A stretch of DNA of 63,409 nucleotides, counting the filler, from Octopus bimaculoides (taxonomy: Eukaryota), in assembly GCF_001194135.2 (NCBI RefSeq). It is 3 parts of 2 records of this genome, joined end to end, with 100 filler letters (N's around TTAATTAATTAA, not from the genome) between each part and the next. Parts side by side here need not be neighbours in the genome. Positions count along the whole stretch, not along the records: positions 17,365 to 33,469 come from NC_068984.1; positions 33,570 to 63,409 come from NC_068999.1; 1 more part is not named here. One strand, 5' to 3'. Position 1 is the first letter of the stretch, and each line of letters opens with the position of its first letter. This document shows positions 24,001 through 36,709 of the stretch, in pieces. A program made the position numbers and the translations under genes. The notes under the pieces are model-generated. The model searched no databases, was not told where the DNA came from, and saw only the letters and a list, made by a program, of their open reading frames with translations.

Positions 24001-25113
24001 ATTGCAAAAAAAGAAGAAACAAAAAAAGCAAAACAAAGCTAAAAACAAACTAGATTTAACTCTCAAGCATGCGTGTCAATGACTGGCACACAACAGTGGC
24101 ACACAGCCATCTCATTCTGTTTTGGAGCCAGTTTATATTTCTTTAGTTTGGGATTAAATATTTTCTTTCTCAGTTCTCATCATGAATTTTTTTTTCTTTA
24201 TCTATTTTCCCCCCCATTTCTTTCAATAGTTTTTATTTGATGTAGCTTCCACATTCTCAAAGTTCATTCAGTTGAAGAAATATTAATTTTATCACAAAAA
24301 TCTTATACTTTTCTTAACCTTTTTTGTTTCATGTGAAGAAAGTTTCTATGACTTGCAAGCATAGCCAGTTGTCTTGAATTTAAAAAAATGTTCACTTTGT
24401 TTATCTTTTTTTTCTCTAAATTGTTAAAAAAATTTGTTTTCTTTCAAGAAATTATTCAGCTCTAAATATTTTGAATAATTTTTTTTTTGCGTGGTTGGGG
24501 TGTAGTTGTGAAGCATTTTAGTGTAAATTGCAACTTGGTCTTATGAGTATCATTGTAGAACATGAAAATCTTTTAAGCATAAATTATTTATATTTGAAGT
24601 TTTGGATTATCTTTGAATCTTTCTGTTTTCTTTCTAATAATAATGATCGCTGAGAATATTAAATTTTTATCTGAATTTTAACTTCTATTTTATTCATTTT
24701 ATCAAAGTCATAATTCATTTCCTTCGTCTCTTCAAAGAAAATAGAAACTTTTTGACAGATTTTGTTTAAAAAAATCTACTCCACTCCCTGTGTTTTTAAA
24801 AATGATATTTGTCATAGTGAAACGGAGGGGATGGATTGTTGTCTTTGACTTTGATTTAATGTTTGTGGATAGTTGGTTTCTTTCACAAAGATATTTTGAT
24901 ATCCAAGTGGCTGAATAAAGTTTCTTGTGTTTTAGAAAATTGCTGTCGTAGTAATTCGATACAGTTTCACACTTTCTTGTTTATTTATTCACATAAATCT
25001 TCTGTCTTATTGATTAAATCCAATGTATTTTATTTAATCAGTGACAAGTTTGGTGGATATATATATTTTTTTTAAATGATACTTAATTCCTGCTGCGATC
25101 TTTGAAATTGTAG

Positions 25114-25282
25114 TGTTACCGGAATTGCCCCTGCCTACAGCACTGCCATCAAGTATGCACAATAAGAGTCTTCTTTTCAATTCAAAAATTGCTGATGATG
25201 CTCGAAGGATCCTTGGATGCAGAGATGAAAACTTGGTTCAACAACTCCTTTATGCACTAAAACACACTTCAACAGATCACAT
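25114..25282 (+). CDS. Unnamed gene exon (LPELPLPTALPSSMHNKSLLFNSKIADDARRILGCRDENLVQQLLYALKHTSTDH)
   Basis: 169-nt GC-elevated open frame bounded by gtag| and |gtaaga; coding-like composition; phase 1 to phase 2. Confidence 0.75.
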
Positions 25283-26004
25283 GTAAGAACTTTTGTTTAT
25301 AGATTGCTTACTATGATTACAGTAGTGTCTAGATAAAGGATTCAAAGATGAACACTGTTGCCAATCTATATCTGTAAACTCTAAGACATCAATTTATAAC
25401 CCATATTAAATATGCACCAAATTTCATTTGAACTCTTTGAATTGTGCTGAGACAGGGAATATATTTTATAATTAAATTATGATATTTTTAGTTACAAAAA
25501 TTTGATTTTGCTGACTGTCTGTGGGAACTGTTTTTATTTCAGTTTCTTGTAGAACTACACTTGCGCACATGCACACAAAAACGCATGTACAGACACATAC
25601 ACATATTTTTATACAAATTTTCCCTTTTTCTGTCATAATTTACTATATGAAATATGTGAATATGTATGGATATTAATAGAGTGAATACATAATATATATC
25701 TAATTTGAAATATTTTACACACATTCCATATGCTCACCGTCTTCCAATGTAACTTGATACTTTCATCAAATTGGTTCTAGTGGCTAAAAGTTTTTTGTTA
25801 TTTAATTTAACCCTTGAAATACACTGCTTAATTGTTTCAATTAATTCTGAAAATAACCAAGAATTTGAAGGGATTTAGTAAAATAAACCATTTCATTAAA
25901 TTAGTGTTTAGAACATAAGGATATTTAAATATAATTATGGTGAAATGTTTTATATATTAAATATGAACATTTTAATACTCGTAGTTTCATACACTATTTA
26001 CATT

Positions 26005-26136
26005 GGATGGATATATGTCCTCATCTTGTTTGTTGTTACCACAATGTTTCAGCTGATTTACTCTTTAGCCTTCATCAGGTGTCCTGGTAAAATTTTGAAC
26101 CCAACTCTGGGTTCTCATTCCTCAGATATTTTGTGC
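26005..26136 (-). mobile_element. Hammerhead-motif repeat (Penelope-like terminal repeat), copy 1
   Basis: Reverse complement of 26341-26465; contains GACAC-CTGATGA-A-GGCT...AGCT-GAAA-CA-TT-GTGGT. Confidence 0.7.
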
Positions 26137-26153
26137 TGATGTTGTTGTTGTTG

Positions 26154-26206
<53 letters not shown>

Positions 26207-26208
26207 TA

Positions 26209-26510
26209 TTCAAGGCATAGGCATATAGCATAATAGTTAAGAGTGTGGGTTACTAACCCCAATATTGCGAGTTCAATTCCAGGCAGTGTCTTGAATAAAT
26301 AATAATAATAATAATAACAATAATAATAATAATAATAAAGCAAAAAATACCTTAGGAATGAGAACCCAGGCTTGGGTTCAAAATTCTACCAGGACACCTG
26401 ATGAAGGCTAGAGAGTAAATCAGCTGAAATGTGGTAACAACAAACAAGATGTGGACACATATCTGTTCAATAGAATAATGTAAATAATGTACAGAATTCC
26501 TCATCTCAAG
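26209..26510 (+). mobile_element. tRNA-like head, (AAT)n linker and hammerhead-motif repeat, copy 2
   Basis: A-box-like tagcataatagt and B-box-like gagttcaattcc at 26226-26280, then (AAT)n, then aaaatacc ttaggaatgagaaccc...gacacCTGATGA...GAAA. Confidence 0.65.
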
Positions 26511-27196
26511 AAAAAAAAGAAGAAAGAATATAGAACCATACTCATAGTTTCATGTCATATGACTGTAAGACAGCATCAGGTGCTTTGGTATCAAAAGGGA
26601 TAATAAAGTATGCAAATAACAAAAGATATGTTTAAATATTCTATAGCTGTGTAGATGTTTTTTACACATTGTTTAATGCATACCTCAATTCTAATAAAAT
26701 TATATGAATAATTGTCAGTATATGAAGTAAACTAGGAGATGGTTGCTTTTCACCAGATTTCATTTATGACTAACATACACTTTCCTCTTGTGTGAGCCTG
26801 GTGGAGAAAGGTCAGTATAGTTAAGGTAGTTTTTGCTTTATTTGAACTTTCAGCATCATCAGCTTTTTGTATTTCTTTGCTTAATATTTATTTGTAGGTT
26901 ATTAGTTTTTTTTTCCACTTCAAGGATTTTGTAATAATTTGGCTTAGTCAAGGATTATCATAGAAAATTTGCTTTTGTTTTTTGGGTTGACTGGAGTTAT
27001 GAAGCATGATTGGGAAAGCTATTTTCCAGTAAGCATGATTCTTAACTGTAAATTTTAATTCAAGCAGTTGAGTTTTATTATTTTTTTCCCTATCATCCTG
27101 ACTATCTTCTTTTACTATTCTTTTGTGATTCTTTTTAGGTGTTCTGAATATATATAATTAATGATTGGATTGTTTGGTCAAAGTTAACTTATACAG

Positions 27197-27365
27197 TATA
27201 ATGGCTAACAAATTTAACAAAATCGTGTTGGGTGTGGTGGGAAAATTAAGATCATCAAATAGAAAAGAAATTCTTCGCTCCTTAGAACAATGTGGAAAAT
27301 TAATTCTGTACTCAAAGACAGTTTACAGAATTATTACACAACAATTAAATAAATGGTGTCTGTAA
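27197..27365 (+). CDS. Unnamed gene, candidate terminal coding exon (IIMANKFNKIVLGVVGKLRSSNRKEILRSLEQCGKLILYSKTVYRIITQQLNKWCL*)
   Basis: gttaacttatacag| acceptor gives the phase needed after exon 25114-25282; 55 open codons; AATAAA at ~27348 and ~27398. Confidence 0.55.
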
Positions 27366-28084
27366 TTTTATGGACTTTTAATTCTTTTATTGTAGTGAAT
27401 AAATATGGCTGTGGCTATATTTAATTCACACATATTGTAAAATAGGCCATGGTAATAAACAATTTCATTTTCTGTTAGAACAATTATTTCAGTTTTTCTT
27501 TCTTTTTTTTTTAAGTAGTAAGAAAATACAGAATTTTATATTTCAGTTTTTGCTTTTGCAAATACAATGTTATAGTAGATATTGTTTTTGATTTTGAATG
27601 CATAGACCTTTATCTCCATTCTAAAAAAAAAAAAGAAAGAACTATATCTGGGAATAATCTTGATCAATTTTTAATCTCATTTTCTTAAGAATGGCATCAC
27701 ATTTCCATTCAATTTTTCCATCTCTATTTAGCTTGTAACCTTCAAAATACTTCACCCTCTTGGAGAGACACATCTTCAGTTCAGATCAATAATTTAGCCT
27801 TTTGCATTTTATCATCACAGAAAATTTTAAAGGAAATTGCTTCTCCTTGATTCATAATATAAGGAATTAGTAATTTTCAATTTGCAGTTTATTGAATGTA
27901 AAGATAGAATGTTTGGCCTGATTTCTGCCAATATGCACAATTTAACTTTCTTTTCATTGGTTTTTGCAAAACCTTGAGGTGATACAAGTATAGCTAGAGT
28001 TAGTATTATAAAGTATGGAGTTATTATATTCTGCATTGCAATCTAAAATTCAAATTCAAATATCTTTTTTCCTTCACCTTAGAG

Positions 28085-28657
28085 AACAGTAGCATGACAG
28101 AATCATTAGAGCTTTGGGTAAAAATGCTTTGTTCTATTTTTTCCAGCTCTTTGCAGTTTGAGTTCTAATTCCACTGAGGTGAACTTTGCATATTATTCCT
28201 GTGAGGTTGATAAAATAATATGCCTAAGAAACTATTATTATTGTTGGCAGAATTGTTAGCACACTGAAAGAAATGGTTAGCGGTATTTCACTCGGTGATA
28301 TGTTCTGAATTCAAATTCCGCCAAGGTTGACATTGCCTTTCATTCTTTTGGGGTCGAAAAATTAAGTACCACTTGAACACTGGAGTTGATGTAATTGACA
28401 CATCCCCTCCCCCAAAATGGCTGCCCTTGTGGCAAAATTTGAAACCAATATTATTGTGAGTTGGCAGAATTGTTGGCACGCTAGACAGATGCTTAGCGGC
28501 ATTTTCACCCATCTTCATCATCTGAGTTCAAATTGGCCTTTCATCCTTTCAATAAAATAAGTACCTGTTGCATACTGGGGTTGATGTAATTGACTAAGAC
28601 CCCTCCCCCCACCAAAAAAGCGAGAAAAATTCAGGCCTTGTGCTTATTGTAGAGAGA

Positions 28658-28743
<86 letters not shown>

Positions 28744-29075
28744 GAAAGCAAACTAGCAGAATTGTTAGTGTGCTGGACAAAATGCTAAGTGGTATTTCTT
28801 CCAACTTTTTATGTTCTGAGGTCAACATTGCCTTTCAGCCTTTTGGGTCAATAAAATAATGTACCAGTCGAATTTTAAGGCCAATGTAAATGACTTGCCC
28901 CATCTCTTCGAATTTGCTATTATTAGTGGTATTTCATCTGCTGTTGTTTTGAGTTCAAATTATGCCAAGGTTGACTTTGCCTGTCATCCTTTTAGGGTCG
29001 ATGAAATAAGTACCAGTTATACACTAGGGTCAATGTAATCGACTAGCCCCCCCCCCCTCCATTGCATAGAGTAGA
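28085..29075 (+). mobile_element. Five head-to-tail SINE family A copies
   Basis: Core repeats start at about 28085, 28243, 28455, 28745 and 28920, all on the + strand; (TTA)n at 28660-28742. Confidence 0.8.
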
Positions 29076-29097
29076 AATAATAATAACAATAATTATT

Positions 29098-29480
29098 ATT
29101 ATTACCTCTGCTTTGCAAAGGTGGAGATATTGTTTTCAGTCGTGTTTGTTTGTTTGTTTTGCTTGTCTGTCAGTGGACAAGATATCTCAAGAGCCACTGG
29201 ATGGATTTGAATGAACCTTTCAGGGATGTTTGGCCTCATAACTGGCATGAACTGATTAGATTTTGGGATTGATCCAGTACTGGAAAAGGATTCTGGATTG
29301 TTTTTCCTGTTTTTTTAAACTTAATTTTTGAGATTGGTCAGGTTCATTTTTGATATTCTCATTTGTGAGAGCAGTTGACTTTATTTTCAGATATTCTCAT
29401 TTTAAAAATCATCTCTGGCTAATCGTTGAGAGGATGTTGGTGTTGCCTTGGCAGAGGTTTGCGCTCTCTGAGTGCTTTTG
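29098..29480 (+). mobile_element. Non-autonomous Helentron/DINE-like (HINE) element
   Basis: Subterminal inverted motifs cctctgc / gcagagg, a short 5' hairpin, an internal (GTTT)n tract and a 3' gcgctctctgagtgc stem. Confidence 0.6.
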
Positions 29481-31752
29481 TTACTGTTATTATTTAAAAA
29501 GATAGAAAAATAGTTATATCTTTTTTCTTAGTGTTTTGAAATATAAAGTAATTTGATTGTAAGAAAGCTTTTTACATTTACAACTCAAGTGGATAACTTT
29601 TTTTTTTATTTTAATGAATCATAAATAAGCTAAGAACATTCATAGGATTCTTGGGAATTGATTGTTAATTCAGTCAACGTATTTTTTTTAGCAGGTCTCC
29701 TTTCTGGCTGAGCATAAAAATTCTTTTGATAGCTAGATATACACTATGTTATACATATTTGCAGAAGTATTGTTAAGTCAGTGAACATTATTATTTTTCA
29801 TTTTGAACATTATTATTTTTCATTTTGCTGGTTAATCTTCAGATTCTAATTCTTCTTATATGCAGAGAATCCAGGATATCTAATGTTCTTTTTTAAGATG
29901 AGAGTGTAATTTGAGGGAGATTTGTCTGCTATTTCTAGTAGATTGAGTGGCCATGTATAGGCTCTCTCATTAGTTTGAGTTGTGTCTTGTATGTGTAGCA
30001 ACTGTCACCTTTGACATGCTTTTTCCAAGATTTTTCTTGAAGTACAAAATACATTTTTAAATGATTTATTTCATGTCATTTTTGCATTAACATTTCATTC
30101 CTGATAGCTATGCCTGATTTATCATCCTTCTTATGATTTAATATTTGAGAAACTTATCTATATCAATTTTTTTAGTTACTCTTTTATGCTAATTTTTCAT
30201 GTTTAGGATAGTTATTTGATTTTTTAATATTGTAGCAAGTACTTTTGCATTCAACATCTAAAAAACTTAGCTTCCTAATTTCATAGCCACTTGGCAGTTT
30301 TGCTAAAGCTCTGTTTTGATTTCATTTTTTAATTTGTCTTTTCCTATGCTTCTAGGGATTGAGAGCAATGGTAGTATTGACTATTTCCTGCTTTCTCTGG
30401 CTTTTGTTAATTTTTCTATTGGTCTTCAAAATATCAGCTGACTTATTACTTCATGTTTTTTGTGGTATATTTTACTTAACTTACAGTGATACATTTTTGC
30501 TGAGTCTATAATTTCATAGTTTGGCACAAAGCCTCAAATAGGAGTAGAGTCATCTGAAACAATTGCAGTCCATTATTGTATTTATTCTATTGACTCCAGA
30601 GAGATAAAAGTTTTACTAAATCTCAGTGTGAACTTGGAATGTACAAAAGACTAAATATTACATGATGTTCAGTTCCTTATACAACTGTCTCAGACACTCC
30701 AGTACTGCTTTGGATACAGTAATATTGATTTTAAGTTAGGCATGTTGACCCAGACAGTAAAGAGAGACCAAGCCCTTTCTTATTTAGTTTCTGATTTCAA
30801 ATATCATAAAATTTTACATCCTCTATTAAAATGGTTTTCTAAAGCCATCAGGATTCATACAACTTAGTAATAATTAGCACCAAAAGGGCATAAATACATT
30901 CTAAAATTCATTAGCTTTCTATTCACAAAGGTCCCACAGCTAAATGTTTATATACTTCACACAGACTATTTTTTTCTATCATTAACACACCCCACACAAA
31001 AATAAAAATAAATAAACTTTTAATGATGATGCATAATAGGCAAAGCATTTACAAACTATCAGCAACACATCACTCAGTATTAAGTTATGCTCCCACTAAA
31101 AACATTATTGTTCTGACATCATCACTTAAATATATTTCTTAGTGTCTTTCCTCTTTCTCTTCATTCATAATGTTTCATTCTGTCAAGCCTAAGAACCTTG
31201 TTCTGTTTATCTCTAGAACTGTGTTCTTTTAGACTTCCGGCCATGTTTTTCTTTGAAAAATGTCAGCAATAATTGCAACTAAAAATTAACTGAACTAAAA
31301 TCATTTAGATCTATGCACTATGGCCTTGCTTCTTTGGACTATAAATTAAAAAGAAAAATGAAACTTCGTTGGGGATTGGGAGCAGTGTGGAATTAATCTG
31401 TTTTCAAGGTGATTGACTATTGCAAAGGAACCACTTGAGAATTAAGTTGAATTAGGTTTTGTGAGCTTTGAGTCATTCATACAAAGATTTCTGTCATCTA
31501 TCGTCTTGTTCTCCCCAACACCTAAAACTAGTTCCCAGAATAGGTTCCTTTTTATCAGTTTCTTTGCAGTTAAGTATGTCTATGTTGTATACTACTGATA
31601 AGATTTCAAAAGTAAAATCGAAACTTCAGTATTTATAAATGTTCCTGAATAAGATTACAAATATTGAGGATTCCATTACTTTTAAGAATTATACATGATG
31701 AAATTTCTACATGGGCACCTTACTTGCTAGAAAGAGCAGCCAAATTTCCTCA

Positions 31753-31844
31753 AAATTCCCCTACCATCCTCTGAAAAAGCTCCCCAATTTCCCTACCATC
31801 CTCTGAAAAGTTCCAAATTCCCCTACTTTCCTCTGAAAAAAAAA
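31753..31844 (+). repeat. Three-copy ~31-bp minisatellite (aaattcccctaccatcctctgaaaa)
   Basis: Seen directly. Confidence 0.85.
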
Positions 31845-32236
31845 GTATAATTTCTTAGTCATGAGTTTGTTCAATCAAAGAAAAACAAAAAACAAAACAG
31901 GGTTAAACAATGGCAAAGTGGCTCAAATAGCTCAAATAGCTGTGGAAACACACCTATTTATATTTGTTACTTTAAAAGAGGTCAATTAATTTGATAGGTT
32001 GTAAGGGCAATGCATCATTCATAAACAGTATTCTCAAATATTTCAAGATGTTACAAAAGTCTATCATAAAGCATTTTAGACAATATTGTGTAATTGTTAT
32101 AATAGAACACATCTAATGATGTGCTTTATTGTGTAGTGTAATACATAGAACACAACGTCATTTGGGTAATATACTCAAAGCAAGTGTATTACCCAGCACT
32201 CACTTCAGTCCATATGAATTGACATGTATATACATA

Positions 32237-33069
32237 CAAGGTGCATTCAAAAAGTATCTGACTTCATTTTCCTGCCAAAACTAATGCCATGTGGGCAAAA
32301 TCCTTTGGGTGATAGGTGATACCACGTTTTCTGCATACAGTCATGTAGTGTGCACTGATTGGATTTTCATTTTCACTGAACACATTGAGCAGAGATATTG
32401 CATTAAGTTTGGCCAAAAACCTGATGATACTCAAGCTCAAAATATCCAGAAGATTCAGCATGATTCCAAAAGCAAACATAGATCAAGGAGTAGTACAACT
32501 GCTTCAAACATGGCCACACCTCAGAGAGCGTAATCCACACTCAGGCAGGTAATCCACAAGCTGAAAAGAGGAGCCAATTGAGAAGCTTTGGAGAATAGTC
32601 ATGGAAGACCACTGTGTAACAATCCGGGAAATTGCTCACGAAGTGAGAATAAGCACAGGATAATTGCATTTCATTTTAATGGAGGATTTGTGCATATGGA
32701 GAGTGTCAGTGAAATTTACCATGAAGGTGCTGGCAGAGCAGCAGAAGCAACTCTGCATAGAAATCACTCAGGACATGTTGGACAGTGCAAACCATGATCC
32801 AGATTTCATGAAGACCATCGTCACTGGTGATGTGACATGGGTTTATGGTCTCTGCTCGATGCATTTGATCATCTTGTGAGAAAACCAAAATCTGTATTCT
32901 AGGCATAACAGCTGGGAACTTATGTGGCCTACCAGTATGAAAATTTCACACATGAAATTTTCACACATGCACAGGAAGGATTGTATCACCTCCCACCCAT
33001 AGGATTTTATCCATGTGGCATTAGTTTTGGTGGGAAAAATAAAGTCAGGAACTTTTTCAATGCACTTTA
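32237..33069 (+). mobile_element. Internally deleted mariner (DD34D) element
   Basis: 27-bp TIRs caaggtgcattcaaaaagtatctgact / agtcaggaactttttcaatgcacttta with TA flanks; EQRYCIKF, VTIREIA, FMKTIVTGDVTWVYG (cf. ITGDETWVY). Confidence 0.9.
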
Positions 33070-33469
33070 TACATGTATAAACACACACGCACATACATAG
33101 ACACATCCATAAGTATACATATATGTGAACACATCTGGCCAGATGCTCTTCCTGTCACTAACCCTTACCTTTTCCAAGCAAGATAATATTCCCCCATGGC
33201 CAGACATTTTCACAGAATATAGAAAATGCTTGACATTCATTTACAACAATCACATAATGTCAAGACAGGGTAGCACAAATATTTACACACACTCATCCAT
33301 ACATACATATGAGTATTATAAGATGTGAATCCAGAGAATCATGTAACTATAATAGTAAGTTCCTCATATGGACTTAGCTATTAGCTGTAAAACAGCTGCA
33401 GCCCTATGGAAGCCACATGGTTAAATAAATCTGTATTTACCTCTCACACCTCCTGACTTTGTTTATATA

Positions 33470-33569
33470 NNNNNNNNNNNNNNNNNNNNNNNNNNNNNNN
33501 NNNNNNNNNNNNNTTAATTAATTAANNNNNNNNNNNNNNNNNNNNNNNNNNNNNNNNNNNNNNNNNNNN
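33470..33569. other. Artificial 100-bp scaffold spacer
   Basis: N44-TTAATTAATTAA-N44. Confidence 0.9.
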
Positions 33570-33669
33570 ACTAGCCAAGAGGGCATCAAACTAGGATTTT
33601 GCAAAACATCGTTGTAAAGTTTTGTTAGCAGTTCATGGCTTTCTGGGAAGGCATTCAACCAGAAGTTAG

Positions 33670-33716
<47 letters not shown>

Positions 33717-33744
33717 CATTATTATATTATTAGTAATGTTATTA

Positions 33745-33803
<59 letters not shown>

Positions 33804-34949
33804 ATTATTATTATGGCTGTGTGGTAAGAAGCTTGCTTCCCAACCACGTGGCACCATGTGCCGACCGAAACCTCGTGAGTGGAGTTGGTTGACAAAAACT
33901 GAAAGAAGCCTGTTCAATATATACAATACAGACACACTAAACACCTACATAAACTGATTAACGCCTGAGGAACAGGTTATAAACAGCATTGTCACACCCT
34001 ACCTCACAGATCCAGATATATAATGATTCCTTTATCCGGAAGGAAAGAAGAAATTGGGGTTTCATCGTAGTCTTCATTCTAGTGAATACCCTCAAATTTA
34101 TATAGGTTGCTTATGTCGCTAGTATCGTTACTTGATACTCGAATATCACGTTCGATGACAATGAAATATACGACGATATATTTACATAGTTTTGTACCTA
34201 GGAAACCACTTAACCAATCAAATTCACAAATACTCCCTTTCTCACACTCACATACATGTACACGCACTCACATACGCCTCGCTCCACGCACAAACACACA
34301 CACACACTTTTTGAACGCTCCCTACCACTCATGTATATGCATTTATACACACTTCCTGTCATTCTTTTTCATGGCATGACCGATATTCACTCAACTATAA
34401 TTATATTCTCCCGTACCGGAAACCACATACCTCGAAGCACTTTTCTTACGTTCACAATTGTTGATGATCTACATTCACAAACTTTATCTTCCAAATACAT
34501 CTTCTTTCCCCCAACTGCCCTCTACTCATCTATCAGGTTGATAAATCTTCATGTATGAAGTTGTATCTAGTTTTCCATCGCTGCAAGTTACAATGACAGT
34601 GTGATTATTATTTTTACGTGATTTTCCTGTTTGTCTTTGCTTATAGTTTGTTTTCTGGATTTTCACATTAATGTGGAACTTAAGATCAGTTTCCAAGAAT
34701 AGTGGTTTACATGCATAAATATAAGCACACTAGATGTCGATGATAATCTAAAAACATTTTTTTACCACAAACCCATCATAAATCGACAAACAATATAGTG
34801 TTAGAGTCTTTATATTCCACTGTGAATTACTGATCTGGATAAGAAAACAATAATTGGATGTGTGAACTACTTACAAATAGTGAGGTATAACAAAGAAATA
34901 TTCAATATACGGTCAATTTTTTCAGTGTTTTTGTGATGTGGCGCATTAT

Positions 34950-34995
<46 letters not shown>

Positions 34996-35005
34996 NNNNN
35001 NNNNN

Positions 35006-35044
<39 letters not shown>

Positions 35045-35212
35045 TGTTTTTGTGTATGTGAGTGGGTATGTGTGTGCGTGCATGCATGTATGTGTATACA
35101 AACTAGTTAACACACTCATCCTCGAATGTGTACGTATGTGTGTGTGTGTGCATATAGATAAAATGATAGTGACCTCCGTAGACATATATGTAACTCTCTG
35201 TGACGCTCTGTC

Positions 35213-35251
<39 letters not shown>

Positions 35252-35347
35252 CTATATATGTGTGCGTGTGTATGTGTGTATACATACATATACATATTAA
35301 TATATACATAAATATCTACACGTTTACATACATGTATATACACATAC

Positions 35348-35409
<62 letters not shown>

Positions 35410-36674
35410 GTACATATGAAGATTTTGTGTGTGTGCATTCCTTTTTGTAATTGTGCGTATTCGACCTCTTGAGGGTGCCCGGTAGCTGTCAAATCTAAAT
35501 AATTTAAATAATGTGATTAATGTTCTGTTGAAGTGTATGAAATATTTGACAAATAATTTCATTTTATTTGAAGAAGGCGAAGGAAATTCTTCTTTATTAT
35601 CGATTCTCAAAGCGATGAGAATGACATTTCTTGAAATTTAGAATTCATCTCTCGAACTTAGATTGATATATGAAAATAGATATGATTCTATGATAGGAGC
35701 AATCTTCAACAAGGGATATGAGTTCGTGTATTAAGATGCTTAAACAATCTTGCTTAATAACAGATTTATAATGCAAAAGCAATAACTACATACAGTTTGC
35801 CTTAAGTTATATATCAGTATTTCTAAATTCTCAGTAATTTAGGGGTCAGGCAAATTATTCACATAAAAGATGTTACACTCACCTGGAAAGTGAAACAAAC
35901 ATATTTTATTTCAGTGATATCATTATTACTATTGGAATCTACATTGGAACTCTTTAGAAATTACATGTCTGCATTCCATTTTATCCAATTTAAAAGCATA
36001 CCGTGTGAATTTCATCACATTTATTATATTTGGCAATAAGTCATTTGTTTATCATTTAGATATGTGAAGAGTTAATTGGTTTGTCTCATACTTATGAAAA
36101 ATCACATTTTTGTATTTGGTAAAGAAAAAACACAATTTAATTATAGGAAAAAATACCTAAATATCTTAAAGTTGGCACTTTTCTCTCTATAAACGAAACA
36201 ACATGATAAACTGAAAAACGATTTATTTAACATTTCCAAAATTTTTTTGCAATCTATCCTTCTCCAATAAAGTCATTCTATCAGCAACTTCCTAAATATT
36301 CGATTAATTAATTTTCCCCCAATCTACGTCACGGGAATAAGATAATTTAAAATGATTTAGTCAACGTTTTAAAAATATGCCAAGATTTATTTTACGCTTA
36401 ATATATGGTTTTTCTAAGTAAGTGCACACAAGTACTCACTGTGTATATTAAAATGTCAAAATTAAATTAAAAACAAATTTCTAACTACGATTGAAAAAAT
36501 AAAAGCATTTCCAGGTTACTAATGGGCTGATTTATTGGCATGTTGGCACATTTCTAAGAATATGAAATGCATGTTTTTGTTGGAACAAAGCCACGCACAC
36601 ACGCAGACTTTAAGACACACAGACACATGCACACACACACACATGCACGCACACACACAAAAAAACATGTACGC

Positions 36675-36709
<35 letters not shown>

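Noticed and set aside
28085-29075. Regularly recurring motif as a CRISPR-like array
   Set aside because: Eukaryotic context; the units are diverged ~200-bp SINE copies with no repeat-spacer structure.
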